From positions 1 to 64,000 of the forward strand of contig CAVSGI010000002.1 of NCBI GenBank assembly GCA_963727445.1: a stretch of 64,000 nucleotides of DNA, written 5' to 3'. The stretch is from an uncultured delta proteobacterium. Its GTDB lineage: Bacteria > Myxococcota_A > Polyangia > Polyangiales > B10-G4. A model generated the notes under the pieces. It had not been told where the DNA came from. It searched no databases and saw nothing but the letters and a program-made list of their open reading frames with translations. Made by a program: the position numbers and the translations under genes. Shown here piece by piece: positions 62,269-64,000 of this stretch (its first letter is position 1; each line of letters begins with the position of its first letter).

Positions 62269-64000
62269 TCAGGACGACTCGTCGTCCCAGGTGCCGGTCG
62301 GGGGCGTCTGAGATTCCGTTTCCGTCTCGCTCTGGGCCTCGCTCCCCGTCGTCGCGCCCGATTCCGCCCTGGTCTCTGAACCCGTCCCCACCTCCCTCCC
62401 CACTTCCGTCGCCGCCTCCAGGTGCTTTCCGAGTGCGTACAGCTCCTCCGCTGCGCGCGTGAGGTGCTTCGCCGCGCGGCGGGCTTCGCTCGCGACCTGC
62501 TGCCGGTAGAGCGCCTGCTCCGTGCCGCGGGCGCCGATGGCTGCGGTCTTGGCGTAAGTGCTGACGGCCTGCTGGTAGCGCGCGCCGAAGGTCTTGAAGT
62601 GCTCCTTCAGCGTCGCGAGGCTCGGGCGCGCCTTCGTCGCCAGGTCGGCGATCTCGCGCACGGCGCCGAGCAGCCAGGGGACGTCGACCAATCCGCTCTC
62701 GTCCGCCTGGGGGCGCTGCCGGAGCTCCGCGAGCTGGGCCGCCTGCTCGAGGACGATGTTCACGTGATGGGCGCTCCGCACCAGGTGACGCAGGCCCTCG
62801 GCGACCTCGCTGCTCATGGAGCTGCGGTCGAGGCGGGTGGAGAAGTCGCTGATCTTCTCGCTCAGCTGCCGGGTCACCTCGGTGTTGCGGGCGAGGGCCG
62901 CTGCGTCCGGGCGCGGGTCGGCGCAGGCCGCCTTCACCGCCCGAGCGGCGAAGGTCAGCACGCGCTGGCTCTCCAGCCGCAGCGCATCGACCGCGACGGC
63001 GGGAACGGCGAGCACGTTCGCGTCGAGGTGCAGCGCGCGGCTCTCCTCTTCCGTCTCGGTGACGAAGCGGTGTTCGAGGAAACGGGTGAGCGCGCCCGAC
63101 AGGGGCCAGATCAGCGCGACGCCCAGGAGGTTGAAAGCGGTGTGGAAGGCCGCGAGCTCCGTCGCCGGCCCGAGGTCGACATCCACCACGCGCAGGAGCG
63201 CGTCGATGCCGCGAAAGGCCACCGGCAACAGGAGGAACGCCACCAACGCTGCGAGCACGTTGAAGGCGACGTGGGCCATCGCCGTGCGCCGCGCGTTGGG
63301 CGTGGCGCCGATCACGCTGATGAGGGCGGTAGAGGTGGTGCCCAGATTGGCCCCGATCACCCACGCTCCCGCCTCGGTGATGGGGATCAAGCCAGAGGCC
63401 GCAGCGGACAGAGCCAGGGCGAGCGAAGCGCTCGATGACTGCGTGGCAGCGGTGAGCACCAGACCGAAGACCGCGAAGAGCAGGACGCCAGCGACGCCGC
63501 CCGGCGCGAGGGATGCCGGATCGACGCCGGCGGCGACGTCGCCGAACGCCGTCTTCATGAAGGCGAGCCCCAAGAAGAAGAGGCCGAAGCCCGCCACCGC
63601 CTGACCGATGGCGCCGATGCGCCGCGCGCCCCCGAAAGTCGACACGAGGGTCCCGATGCCGATCCCCGGCAGGGCGAAGGAAGCCAGGTCGATCTCGAGC
63701 CCGGTCAGCGCGACGAGCCAGCCGGTGACCGTGGTGCCGACGTTGGCGCCGAACACCACCCAGATGGCCTGGCCGAGGTGGAGCAAGCCCGCGTTGACGA
63801 AGCCGATGGCCGCGATGGTGACGGCGCTCGAGGACTGCACCAGCCCGGTGATCAACGCACCCGACAACAGCGCCCTAAAGCGCGTATCGGTGGCGCGCGC
63901 CAGGATGTTGCGGAGCGCGTCCCCGGCCGCGACCTTCAGCCCCTCGGTCATCAAGTGCATCCCGAGGAGGAAGAGGCCGATCCCGCCGGCGAAGGTTCCG
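62269..64000 (-). CDS. Na+/Pi cotransporter family protein (NptA/YjbB-like); 5' end outside window
   Basis: GGIGLFLLGM at the window edge; two QSSSA motifs; GANVGTT and GANLGTT. Confidence 0.9.
   Translation of the reverse strand, partial: GTFAGGIGLFLLGMHLMTEGLKVAAGDALRNILARATDTRFRALLSGALITGLVQSSSAVTIAAIGFVNAGLLHLGQAIWVVFGANVGTTVTGWLVALTGLEIDLASFALPGIGIGTLVSTFGGARRIGAIGQAVAGFGLFFLGLAFMKTAFGDVAAGVDPASLAPGGVAGVLLFAVFGLVLTAATQSSSASLALALSAAASGLIPITEAGAWVIGANLGTTSTALISVIGATPNARRTAMAHVAFNVLAALVAFLLLPVAFRGIDALLRVVDVDLGPATELAAFHTAFNLLGVALIWPLSGALTRFLEHRFVTETEEESRALHLDANVLAVPAVAVDALRLESQRVLTFAARAVKAACADPRPDAAALARNTEVTRQLSEKISDFSTRLDRSSMSSEVAEGLRHLVRSAHHVNIVLEQAAQLAELRQRPQADESGLVDVPWLLGAVREIADLATKARPSLATLKEHFKTFGARYQQAVSTYAKTAAIGARGTEQALYRQQVASEARRAAKHLTRAAEELYALGKHLEAATEVGREVGTGSETRAESGATTGSEAQSETETESQTPPTGTWDDESS

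Overview
GC-rich (about 70% by eye) bacterial chromosomal segment. The gene content (many Cys-rich lipoproteins with Gly/Asp linkers, an ERG4/ERG24-type sterol reductase, a porin plus GH13 amylase, sigma54-like promoters) suggests Myxococcota, probably Polyangia/Sandaracinaceae-like; this is inference. About 50 CDS are supported. Housekeeping-type genes: pntAB, uvrA, argE, sixA, a HelD-like and a SWIM-SNF2 helicase, an Na/Pi cotransporter, PP2C and two CBS proteins. There is a 14-kb glycan biosynthesis/modification locus (18.5-32.3 kb) with a GT-C transferase, a sterol-reductase operon flanked by two paralogous Cys-rich lipoproteins, at least 13 predicted lipoproteins, an orphan XYG-motif peptide resembling radical-SAM splicease substrates, and a large lipoprotein whose C-terminus may have an ADP-ribosyltransferase-like fold. 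Many genes are broken by single-base indels or stops (12.3-13.8 kb, uvrA, 44-48.7 kb), most plausibly long-read consensus errors; several isolated ones fall in GATC sites. I saw no rRNA, tRNA, CRISPR array, transposase or integrase. All family calls come from motif recognition by eye, with no database search.
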